Positions 1 through 15,945 of a stretch of DNA of 64,000 nt are shown here, one piece after another. Source of the DNA: the human T2T-CHM13v2.0 reference genome, Homo sapiens; NCBI RefSeq assembly GCF_009914755.1, contig NC_060925.1; one strand, 5' to 3'. Both the position numbers and the translations under genes were made by a program. Under the pieces are notes generated by a model, which saw only the letters and a list, made by a program, of their open reading frames with translations, did not search any database and had not been told where the DNA came from. The stretch's first letter is position 1, and every line of letters begins with the position of its first letter.

Positions 1-619
<619 letters not shown>

Positions 620-784
620 CCTACATACAGTAAGGTTCTCATTTAATATTATCAATATGTTCTTGGAAACTTCAACTTTAAGTGAAACAGTGATAGCAAA
701 ACCAATTTTACTATAGGCTAACTGATATAAACAAAAGTTGAGTTCCTACAGCATATTTCTGGTCATATAAATATCCTCAAACAT

Positions 785-1013
785 ATTTCTTTTAATTTTA
801 ATTTTTTTAGAGATGGAGTCTCACTCTGTCACCAAGGCTGGAGTGTAGTATCATGATCATAGCTCACTGCACCCTCAAATTCCTGGGTTCAAGTGATCAT
901 CCTGCCTCACTCTCCCAAATAGCTGAGGCGATGGGTGTGCATCACCATGCCCCACTAAATTTTGTATTTTTTTTGTTTTTTTAAAGACAGGGTCTTGCTG
1001 TGTTGCCCAGGCT
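785..1013 (-). mobile_element. AluJ-type element (partial)
   Basis: Antisense Alu with GATCATAGCTCACTGC diagnostic of AluJ. Confidence 0.8.
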
Positions 1014-1225
1014 CAAACTTCTAAATAAAGACCAAAACATTGAACATTAAACATTCAATATTAAACACTGAAATAAATGCGAGTTATAGATACATTTAAG
1101 AGAGGTCAGTAGGCCGGGAGCAGTGGCTCATGCCTGTAATCCCAGCACTTTGGGAGGCTCAGGCCAGTGGATCACTTGAGGTCAGGAGTTCGAGACCAGC
1201 CTTGGCCAACATGGTGAAACGCCCT

Positions 1226-1991
<766 letters not shown>

Positions 1992-2779
1992 CCCGTCTCT
2001 ACTAAAAATATAAAAATTAGCTGGGCATGGTGGCAGGCACCTGTAATCCCAGCTACTCAGGAGGCTGAGGCAGGAGAAACACTTGAACCCAGGAGGTGGA
2101 GGTTGAGTGAGCTGAGATTGTGCCACCACACTCCAGCCTGGGTAACAGAGCAAGACTCTGTCTAAAAAAAAAAAAAAAAAAAAAAAAAATTCGTAAGAAC
2201 AAGCTAAGTATTTACCCAGTTATTCCATTTCAGGGCCTTGGTAGCTGGATCTTATCCCAGCAGCTCAGGGAGAAGAGCAGAAACCAAACCTGGACAGGCT
2301 GCTGCTATTCCATCACAGGGTACACTCACATCCAGGCTCACTAAGACTGGGATCATTTAGACATACCAGTTCACCTAATTTGCACATCTTTGGGATGTGG
2401 GAGGAAACTGGAGTACCTGGAGAAAACTCACACAGACACGAGTGAAATGTGTAAACTCCACCCAGACAGTGTACTCGGCCTGGAATTGATTTATTTTTTC
2501 CTCATCATCATTTTAATGAAATGACATTGAATGAAACAATGTTATTTGAGGACCAAGTAAAAAATCCTTATGAGGAAATAAAACAGCAAAAGGATGCATT
2601 GGAAGCATTGGAAGGGGAAGGCAGGCCTAGAAGTGTTGATTTTTGATGATACCAGTTCAGATCCCACAGTCAGAGAAAGAAGTTTAAATTGTGTCATCCG
2701 CAGTTAGTAAGTTATTTGTGACTCCTGTCTAAGGCTTCTCGGTAGAATGCTCTGTTAGTCACTATCTTCTCACACGTCA

Positions 2780-3184
<405 letters not shown>

Positions 3185-3836
3185 CTACTCACATGGTGGT
3201 TTCTCTCCCACTCCAATCTCTCATGTCGGGTAGTACAGACACAGGGCTACCCTCAGTTTGTAAAGCCCGCAGGGTGGACTAGAGCCTCAGGGTGAAGGCT
3301 GGGTCAGCATTTGAATCCAGATTATATGAGAGTCAACACATCCTACTACCGATCTGCTATGCAAATAATGAAGCTTAACCTTCAGGTACCCTTTCTTTCA
3401 CAAGCTCCCTTCAAGGCTCTGGACAGGGCCTTAGCAATGCAGTCATTCTAAAACTTGCAAAAGTAAGATTTTAATGACAATGGTTAAAAGCCCTGTGTTT
3501 CTTTTCACTCAGCTGTCCTTTCTAGTACCTTCCCCTTATTGGGCATTTTGGGATCTGGCTAAAAGGGGGTTGGGATGCAATTATTTTGGGTTATATTTAT
3601 GTGATTTACAGTCACTTTCATGGGGCTAGAAATAGTTTTCAAGAATACCCCTGTTGCCCACTGTAGTGACTCATCTAGCATTATGACCCAATGTTGTAGG
3701 GCCAGAGGTCACATTTTGTTTTAAACCTGCCCTACAGCATCTGGCACTGGAAGAATGTAAATCATTGAGGGGTGACAAGGTTTGAAACATATGGCATCAG
3801 AGGCTAGTCTGTGGAAAATTCTTCACACGTCTAAAA

Positions 3837-4476
<640 letters not shown>

Positions 4477-4524
4477 ACATCTAAAATTTTAAATGGACGA
4501 GTCAGTTATCACTAACAGCTGGCA

Positions 4525-5036
4525 TGGTAGCAAGCCTCCAAGAAAGACCCCAATGATCCCTGGCTCCTGTTACCATGCCCTTGCTTAGTCCCCTCCCACA
4601 TAATGCCAGTGTTAATCTGTGTGATCAATAGAATACAGAAGAAATGGTGGTATGTAATGCCCAAGGCTAGGTCATAAAAGGCATTGCAGCTTATAGTGTC
4701 TATCTTTACTATTTCTCTCATCATTCACTCTGGGAGAAGCTTGTTGCCTATATCCTGAGCAGCCCTACGGAGAGGCCCTCAGAGTGAGAAACTGAGGTCT
4801 CATCTCCTGTTAACAGCTATATGAGTTGACTTGGAAATGTATCTTCTAGCCCCAGTCAAGCCTTCAGATGACTGCAGTCCTGGCCAACTTGATTGCAAAC
4901 TCATTAGAGACTCTGAGTCAGAACCATCCAGCCAAACTGCTTCTGAATTCCTGACCCACAGACACGTGAAATAACAAATGTTTGTTCCTTAAGCCACTAC
5001 ATTTTTGGGTGATTTTTTACATAGCAATAAATAATA
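4525..5036 (+). mobile_element. MaLR solo LTR (MLT1F/E-like)
   Basis: CCCCAATGATCCC...CCCCAGTCAAGCCTTCAGATGACTGCAG...TAGCAATA resembles recalled MLT1F-family consensus. Confidence 0.65.
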
Positions 5037-5101
5037 GATTTAGTAAAAATGGTAGCTCTTGCCTGGCCAAGAGGGTATTAAATAATTCAATAAAGTCTTA
5101 G

Positions 5102-8209
<3,108 letters not shown>

Positions 8210-8579
8210 ACGTGTATTACTTTTATAACCGGGGGAAAAAGTAAAAACATTCAAAAGGGAAAATAAGGGACAATGTTAATAATGAAGCAGGGATGAGACT
8301 GCTGATTGCGACCTCCAACTAACTCTCCTGAATTTTGTCACGAGCATGAATTACTTTTCCAATACACAAATTTGCTTTAAGAAATCAAAGAAACACCCCC
8401 CAAAGCCCAATCTCACTTCTTCAAGTAAAAAATAAACTAACAAATCATTCTACATTGCATGCTTAGGAAAAGTACAGTTTATTTCTAAATTAAATGTATA
8501 CATGGTTTGGGAGATTTACTCATTAAGCAAACACTTTGGTAAGAATAAATTGAGCGCTTACTGAATGGCAGTCTCAGTT

Positions 8580-9420
8580 CCTGCGGCCCTCCCGCTTATT
8601 ACCTCATTTGATTTAAAAACAAAAACAAAACGTTATGAAAGCCGGCTTCGAGGCATTCCTCTGAAGGGAAGGGACTCCCCGACCCAGCGCCTCCCCCGTC
8701 ACGTGACCCTGTGACCCGGAGCAGCCATCTTAGGCATCGCCTCATAGAGGAACTACATCTTCCAGAATCCTCGCGCCCTGCGTCGTGCTGGCACTTTTAC
8801 CGGCCGGGCCTTAGAGCGGAGCCTGTAGCCAGGCGCCATCTTTGACGCTGGCAGTCTTGGTTTTTTGCTAGTGCTGCTGCTGCTGGGAGGACGACGGACG
8901 GCAGCGGCCAAGCAAGAAGAAAGACGTGGCAGCAAGCGGGAGTCGGGGATAGTGTCATCGGTTCGGTAAAGTTTCTGTTCTCTGGTAACTAGACCCGTTT
9001 TTTTGATTCCCGGGTGGCTTGGGGCCGGGGAGGTGGGGGAGAGGGCGAGGGGAGTGGCAGCGGCCTCCCCTCGCCCCTGGGTCGCGGCCTATCCCGGGAA
9101 GTCAGAGCGGATCCTTCAGCTTCGCCGTAACGACCCCTCCCCCCCACCTCCCGGTCGCGGCCCTCGCCGGGGCTGGCTGGGAGCCCCAGGCTCCCGCTCA
9201 CTTTTCCCATCCTCCCCACCCCCACCCCGTTCACCCCACCCCCACGGCGCCTGCTCCTTTCCCAGCCAACCTTCCTCCCCTCCCCCACATCCGGTGTTCG
9301 CTAATCTCGAGGAGCCCGGAGCAGCCCCGAAAACCGACTGTTCCCCCGAATCCCGAAGAGAGAACTGACACTAGATTGCTTTCTTCGGGGCAACAGTTTC
9401 TCTAGTTGAGCGGACCCTCA
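8580..9420 (+). promoter_or_regulatory. CpG-island promoter shared by ZC3H11A and ZBED6
   Basis: High GC and CpG density in non-repeat DNA; palindromic E-box GTCACGTGAC (8698-8707), ZNF143/THAP11-like ACTACATCTTCCAGAATCC (8752-8770), YY1 motifs GCCATCTT (8724-8731) and CGCCATCTT (8834-8842); no TATA box. Confidence 0.9.
8813..8965 (+). other. ZC3H11A: ZC3H11A/ZBED6 non-coding first exon (TSS approximate)
   Basis: Lies downstream of the promoter motifs; candidate donor TCG|GTAAAG at 8965/8966; start position estimated. Confidence 0.6.
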
Positions 9421-9640
9421 CTGCCTAAATCAATCAGACTGAGTGCCGGGCGCTGAATTTACCTACTCTCATTCCTCTCCAGGGTCCCGGTACTTTGGAG
9501 CTTGTCTCAAACTCCACATACAGAAAGCCACCGACCTTATTCCGGTATCCTACACCCATTCCCCACTCTCATTACACTCCCACCCCTGGCCCTCAGCGTC
9601 GGAGTCAAGAGCAACAGGGACACTTCCGTTCTCCTTGTAG

Positions 9641-9791
9641 GACTGGTGAAACCGTAATGAAGAACACCCCTAAACTCCCATAATCGGTGCGGATTCCTAT
9701 GGGGAAGGCCTATATTGTTGACATCTTCCAGGCCTTGGTTCTGGACCTTGAGAAAGAGGCTGTGGAACTAGAGATAGCGATGCTTTTTAGG
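9641..9791 (+). other. ZC3H11A: Candidate alternative 5' UTR exon
   Basis: Acceptor TTCCGTTCTCCTTGTAG| at 9640 and donor AGG|GTAAAT at 9792; use not demonstrable from sequence. Confidence 0.4.
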
Positions 9792-10359
9792 GTAAATGTA
9801 TGTAGGTATTGGGGGAAGGGGAGGGATCAATCGAAAAATGGAAGTGGTTTAAAGTTCATATTTCACTTTTTGCTATCTCTATAGCGTACAACTTGTGAGT
9901 TACTTACAGGCTGTAAAAGCTTCTCCAGTCTAAAAATATCTGAAAACTAAACTTGAATTAACTCTTAATACAAACAGTACTTTGAAAATGCAGCATTTAA
10001 CCTTGTTTTAAAATTTTTTTCTCAAAGCATTTTTTTCCAGCCACTCACATTTTAAAAGGTTGTATTACTTTTAGTTAGAACTGAAAGGGCTCAACTAGCA
10101 TTTGCTGTGACCAGTATGCGGAGTCTGTGTTGGCTTTCCAGAATTGACTTTTTGGGTTGTATTGGCAAATCACAGTCCTAAATGATGAATGTTGAATGAT
10201 GCACTATGTTTTTGTTTAAATGAGATTTCCTGAAAATAGTTAATTTCAGAATTAAGGGAAATTGATGTCGCTATCATGAGGCATCATAAAAATATGTATT
10301 TTACAAGGTGAAGGCATTTCAAGTAGATATAGTTCTTGATGAAGCAGGAAGAACATGGA

Positions 10360-10475
10360 TCTGGGATTTGGAAGACCTGGCTTCTAGCTGCTACTAACCA
10401 ACTCTGTGACTCTGGGAAAGGGGGACTCAGTTCTTACTTCTGTAACATGAGGACACTGGACTATTTGAATTCAGA
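10360..10475. mobile_element. MIR fragment in the ZBED6 leader
   Basis: GAAGACCTGG..CTACTAACCAACTCTGTGAC...CTCAGTT...CTGTAACATGAGG resembles the MIR core. Confidence 0.55.
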
Positions 10476-10712
10476 ACTTAGAAAATTGGAAGGGACCTTA
10501 AAGCCCTCTAAGAAAGAGTTCGGGAATGTTCTCCATTGCTGTCAGTTTTCCTCCAAAAATAACCTGGCTTGGAAGTTATTGGTCCAGTGGGAATTTGATT
10601 CCCCATAGAAACTGGAGAAAAGGTAATGCAAGTAGAGAGGAACAGCTGTATTTCTGCTTGAGTAATAAACCCACTAACAGATTCTGGTACGAATTGTGGA
10701 GACATAAAGAGA

Positions 10713-13652
10713 ATGAGTGTATGTACTCTAAGTGTACCAGTTTCTTCACTCTCTCCTGGCAGAAGATGCAACACTTTTAGTGATTCTGGGATTCTGGGAT
10801 GTGTTCCTATTAATTCTAATACAGATGAAGAAGATGTGGTAGAGGAAAAGATGGTAGCAGAAGGAGTGAATAAAGAGGCAAAACAGCCTGCTAAAAAGAA
10901 AAGAAAGAAGGGTTTGCGAATTAAGGGGAAAAGGCGTCGAAAAAAATTGATTCTTGCCAAAAAGTTTAGTAAGGATTTGGGATCTGGGAGGCCTGTTGCA
11001 GATGCCCCTGCTTTGTTAGCTTCCAATGACCCTGAGCAGGATGAAGAAAGTCTTTTTGAGAGCAATATAGAAAAACAGATCTATCTACCTAGTACTAGAG
11101 CCAAGACCTCCATTGTGTGGCACTTCTTTCATGTTGACCCCCAGTACACCTGGCGGGCCATTTGTAACCTCTGTGAGAAAAGCGTCAGCAGGGGTAAACC
11201 AGGTAGCCATCTTGGTACATCTACTCTTCAACGACATCTGCAAGCAAGGCATTCACCTCATTGGACCAGGGCCAACAAGTTTGGAGTTGCTAGTGGAGAG
11301 GAGGACTTTACCTTGGATGTGTCTTTATCTCCCTCTTCTGGAAGCAATGGAAGCTTTGAATATATTCCTACTGATCCATTAGATGATAATAGAATGGGCA
11401 AGAAGCATGATAAATCAGCATCTGATGCCCTAAGGGCAGAAAGAGGGAGATTTCTCATCAAAAGTAACATTGTCAAGCATGCTTTAATTCCTGGAACTAG
11501 AGCCAAGACATCTGCCGTTTGGAATTTTTTTTACACTGATCCTCAGCACATCTCAAGAGCTGTGTGTAATATATGTAAAAGAAGTGTGAGCCGGGGTAGG
11601 CCAGGGTCCCACTTAGGGACTTCAACACTTCAACGACACCTGCAAGCCACACATCCTATCCATTGGGCTGTTGCCAACAAAGACAGTGGTGCTGTTGCAA
11701 ATGGATTAGATGAAGCTGAGACTGAGAGAAGTGATCTCTTGAGTGATACCTTGCATGGAGAAAAGTCTACAGGCAGCCAAGATTTAACAGCTGAGGACCT
11801 TAGTGACTCTGATTCAGATGAACCTATGTTAGAGGTTGAAAACAGATCTGAAAGTCCTATTCCCGTTGCAGAGCAAGGCACTCGGATGCGTGCGCAGGAG
11901 AGAGAAACAACATGTTGTGGAAATCCAGTCTCAAGTCACATAAGTCAGGCAATTATCCAAATGATTGTGGAGGATATGCATCCTTACAACTATTTCTCAA
12001 CCCCAGCCTTTCAGAGGTTCATGCAGATTGTGGCCCCTGATTATAGGTTGCCATCAGAGACTTACTTTTTCACTAAGGCTGTACCTCAGTTATATGATTG
12101 TGTCAGAGAAAAAATTTTCTTAACTTTAGAGAATGTTCAAAGCCAAAAGATACACCTGACTGTTGACATATGGACCCATGACCCATCCACTGACTATTTT
12201 ATTGTGACTGTACACTGGGTTTCTTTGGAAACTGCGTCTTTTCTCAATAATGGCAGGATCCCCGATTTTAGAAAGTGGGCAGTGCTTTGTGTTACAGGTT
12301 TGGCTAAAGACTGTTTGATAACCAATATTTTACAAGAATTAAATGACCAGATTGGTCTGTGGCTTTCTCCAAATTTCCTTATCCCTAGCTTCATTGTTTC
12401 TGACAATTCCTCTAATGTGGTACATGCAATCAAAGATGGTGGTTTTACCCATGTGCCATGCTTCCTGCATTGTTTAAATATGGTCATTCAGGACTTTTTC
12501 TGCGAGCACAAAAGCATTGAGAATATGTTAGTGGCTGCCAGGAAAACTTGTCATCATTTTAGTCATTCGGTCAAGGCCCGTCAGATACTGCAAGAGTTCC
12601 AAAATGATCACCAACTTCCATGGAAGAATTTGAAGCAGGACGAAACTGGCCATTGGATTTCTACTTTTTATATGTTAAAATGGCTCTTGGAGCATTGCTA
12701 CTCAGTTCACCATAGTCTTGGTAGAGCCAGTGGAGTTGTGCTCACCTCCCTTCAGTGGACTCTAATGACTTATGTTTGTGATATTCTTAAGCCATTTGAG
12801 GAGGCTACCCAGAAAGTGAGCGTGAAGACCGCAGGATTGAATCAGGTGCTACCCCTAATCCATCATCTACTCCTTTCCCTGCAGAAACTCAGAGAAGATT
12901 TTCAAGTCAGAGGTATTACTCAGGCCCTCAATCTGGTGGATAGTTTATCTCTGAAACTTGAAACAGATACCCTACTAAGTGCCATGCTTAAATCCAAGCC
13001 CTGTATCTTGGCTACTTTGTTAGATCCTTGCTTTAAAAACAGTTTGGAAGACTTTTTTCCTCAAGGTGCTGATTTAGAAACTTATAAGCAGTTCCTTGCA
13101 GAAGAGGTCTGTAATTATATGGAATCTTCACCAGAGATCTGCCAAATTCCAACTTCAGAAGCTTCTTGTCCCTCAGTTACAGTGGGAGCTGATTCATTTA
13201 CCTCATCTCTAAAAGAAGGCACCTCCAGTTCAGGTTCTGTTGATAGCTCAGCTGTAGACAATGTTGCCCTTGGAAGCAAAAGCTTCATGTTCCCTTCTGC
13301 TGTAGCAGTTGTGGATGAGTACTTCAAAGAGAAGTATTCAGAGTTCTCAGGAGGTGATGACCCTTTAATTTACTGGCAGAGGAAGATAAGCATATGGCCG
13401 GCTTTGACCCAGGTTGCCATCCAGTATCTAAGTTGCCCCATGTGTAGTTGGCAATCTGAATGTATCTTTACTAAAAATAGCCACTTTCATCCAAAACAGA
13501 TCATGAGCCTGGACTTTGACAATATAGAACAACTGATGTTTCTGAAAATGAACTTGAAAAATGTTAACTACGATTATTCTACGTTGGTTCTGAGCTGGGA
13601 TCCTGAGCAGAATGAAGTTGTTCAAAGCAGTGAAAAAGAAATACTGCCTTAA
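10713..13652 (+). CDS. ZBED6: Zinc finger BED domain-containing protein 6, a domesticated hAT transposase acting as transcription factor (IGF2 repressor), 979 aa, intronless
   Basis: Single 979-aa ORF with basic nucleolar/nuclear signal (KKKRKKGLRIKGKRRRKK), two BED fingers (TSIVWHFF..CNLC..HLQARH; TSAVWNFF..CNIC..HLQATH), hAT core and C-terminal dimerization region (DPLIYWQ..WPALTQVAIQYLSCP); second in-frame ATG at 10851 (M47) in strong Kozak context. Confidence 0.98.
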   Translation: MSVCTLSVPVSSLSPGRRCNTFSDSGILGCVPINSNTDEEDVVEEKMVAEGVNKEAKQPAKKKRKKGLRIKGKRRRKKLILAKKFSKDLGSGRPVADAPALLASNDPEQDEESLFESNIEKQIYLPSTRAKTSIVWHFFHVDPQYTWRAICNLCEKSVSRGKPGSHLGTSTLQRHLQARHSPHWTRANKFGVASGEEDFTLDVSLSPSSGSNGSFEYIPTDPLDDNRMGKKHDKSASDALRAERGRFLIKSNIVKHALIPGTRAKTSAVWNFFYTDPQHISRAVCNICKRSVSRGRPGSHLGTSTLQRHLQATHPIHWAVANKDSGAVANGLDEAETERSDLLSDTLHGEKSTGSQDLTAEDLSDSDSDEPMLEVENRSESPIPVAEQGTRMRAQERETTCCGNPVSSHISQAIIQMIVEDMHPYNYFSTPAFQRFMQIVAPDYRLPSETYFFTKAVPQLYDCVREKIFLTLENVQSQKIHLTVDIWTHDPSTDYFIVTVHWVSLETASFLNNGRIPDFRKWAVLCVTGLAKDCLITNILQELNDQIGLWLSPNFLIPSFIVSDNSSNVVHAIKDGGFTHVPCFLHCLNMVIQDFFCEHKSIENMLVAARKTCHHFSHSVKARQILQEFQNDHQLPWKNLKQDETGHWISTFYMLKWLLEHCYSVHHSLGRASGVVLTSLQWTLMTYVCDILKPFEEATQKVSVKTAGLNQVLPLIHHLLLSLQKLREDFQVRGITQALNLVDSLSLKLETDTLLSAMLKSKPCILATLLDPCFKNSLEDFFPQGADLETYKQFLAEEVCNYMESSPEICQIPTSEASCPSVTVGADSFTSSLKEGTSSSGSVDSSAVDNVALGSKSFMFPSAVAVVDEYFKEKYSEFSGGDDPLIYWQRKISIWPALTQVAIQYLSCPMCSWQSECIFTKNSHFHPKQIMSLDFDNIEQLMFLKMNLKNVNYDYSTLVLSWDPEQNEVVQSSEKEILP

Positions 13653-14764
13653 TTTCTTTTTCTCCATTTAAAATGGGCAACTTTTTGCTGTGTTACTGTA
13701 TCTTAATAGCTGTAGTTGTTAAATATAATCATTATCTTTATAAACACATCTGGGGAAACCTGAAATCACACAAGGGCTGAAAATTCCTCAGAGGCAATAT
13801 AATTTTGATAAAATGAAGATTAAAGATTTCATAGCTATAACTGTGGCGCTAGCACTTGAAAATTTTGCTTATACCAATGAGAGAGAAGATATTTTTAATT
13901 AAAAAAAATATAGTGCAGCATTGAAAGGCCTTAGGCTTTCTTCCTGGTAGATTGAACTAGTAATTGGTTTTAAGTAAAACTTCCCCCACCATGGGAAATT
14001 TTATTGCTCTGAAATCAACGAAATGAGAAAAAAGTACACTGGCTGGCATTCCTCCTGCCCCTGTTTTTCTGTTTCCTTAAAAACCCTGATGCTTAATTAC
14101 AACTTGGCAAAAAGAAAACCCGTGAAATTGTTTTATATTTGGAAATTTCTAATTGCCTCCTCATACTGGTCAGCTTTTTAATTTCAAATTGTTGAGTGTG
14201 ATAGTGTTACCCTTTAGAATTGGATCTTATATAAAAGGGAAATATTAGAAAACAATTAGGAAAATATACTTGTAGTCTTTGAAATGCCTGTTTTAACCTT
14301 TATAAAATATTATAAAAATAGATTGTGTAGGTACTTTCAAATAATTTATGGGTAAAAACAGACTAAAATGTTTGCAAGAATTGGAAAAGGTTGAATGGGA
14401 ATTGTAATGAGAGCCCTTTGAACATGCTTGGAAAAACCCAGTAGACATTTCCCAAAGATTGTTTCTGTAATTTTAGGTAATCTTTTTAAAAACATACTTA
14501 ATGACCCATAATACTGTATTAACTGTGCGGTTGTTTTGGCCACTGAATTCTTAATGAAAACTAAGCAGTCGGTATTTTTATGTGTTAGGAATCATTGGTG
14601 AAATGAGTGAATTGATCTCATTTTAAGATCCCTTTCTACTCTGAAAGTATGTTTCTGAGATTGAGTAGGAGGCCAGAAAATGATGACTTTTAGTAAAAGT
14701 CTATTAAAAGTTTCAGACTGAATAACTAATGTGAGATCCCAATTTTTCCTTTTTTTCATTTTAG

Positions 14765-15914
14765 ATTTGGGGATATTCCCTGCCCAAAAAATTCCTGGAA
14801 AATTGACTAGTATTAAGTGTGAGTAAAAGGTGTCCACTTTTTTTTAAGTTTTGATTTTAGTTTTGTCTTGGATAGTATTTGGCAAGATTTAGCCTAGAAA
14901 TTATGTAGTATTTATTACATAAGAATCAAAATTGCTTTGTTACTGGGCTGGTTTCAAAGTTTAGAACTCATTTCTATGTATCAAAATCGGGTTTTTTTTG
15001 GTTTTGATTTTTTTTTTTTTTAAATTCTTAAATGGTAAATATGCCATTGTGAAATGAAATCTCAACTCCAAAAAGTTTACCCTTTTACTAACTGGAGTAA
15101 ATGTATACTTACAAAGTCTTTAGCTGTAGCCATTAGTAGTAAAGAATTTGGACCTAGGCTGCGTAAGCAAGCCTTTCCAGGGCCACTATTTAATGGCAAA
15201 CCAGTGATACTGGTGTTGATACAAAATAAGAAATAAATTTTCCCTTAGATAAAGCTTTCTGTGTTTTGACAGTGCCAGTTTAGAATGGCTATAATGCTGC
15301 TCTGCCTTCTACAGCTTGCTGCACCACTCTGTAGTTACTCTATTACCATACGTTTCTATCTTTTTTGGTTAAACACTCCCTGATGACGATGATGGATATA
15401 TATACATACATCCATATTATACATAATGATATATGTGTAAGGATTTACCTTCGTCTTTATTTTGTGGGCTGGGCAAAATTTAGTGTAACAATAACTTCAT
15501 GATACTTTGGTATAAGAGTAAGTTCTTTATTTTTATAATGAACCCAAATCTAAAGTCTTTTATAGTGCATTTTAAAAGGGGAAACTTATCCAAATGTTAT
15601 ATTTCTATACATTTTTGTGTATATGTGTGTGTGTATAAGCCAGTTAGTATATATCTGTATGTATATTATATACATAAAACACTATATTTTTACATACAAG
15701 TATGCTTTTATTATACAGATAATAAAGATGGGGGAAGGTTTCTGTTTTTTTCTTAATAGGTGAAGAAATCTTGAAGACCAGAAATTGGATCTTACTGAAA
15801 AACTGATGTTTTTTTGTTTTTTTTTTAAATTATATTGTTCAGCTATGGAAGATGGATTTTTTTTTCATGATCCTTTAACTCTCAAGTTCATCTTTAAATG
15901 AACTCTTTTTTTTT

Positions 15915-15945
<31 letters not shown>

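Noticed and set aside
8341-8345. GCTCG (ZBED6 core) on the minus strand upstream of the promoter, suggesting autoregulation
   Set aside because: 5-mer only, expected by chance; I saw no full GCTCGC in the CpG island
8753-9405. Pro/Gly/Arg-rich ORFs in the CpG island
   Set aside because: Stop-poor GC-rich DNA; no recognisable homology
10508-11065. 185-aa antisense ORF over the ZBED6 N-terminus, and other antisense ORFs up to 13667
   Set aside because: Shadow ORFs of a real CDS; no promoter or homology support
9900-14200. Terminal inverted repeats or 8-bp TSD of the ancestral ZBED6 transposon
   Set aside because: None recognisable; the insertion is ancient
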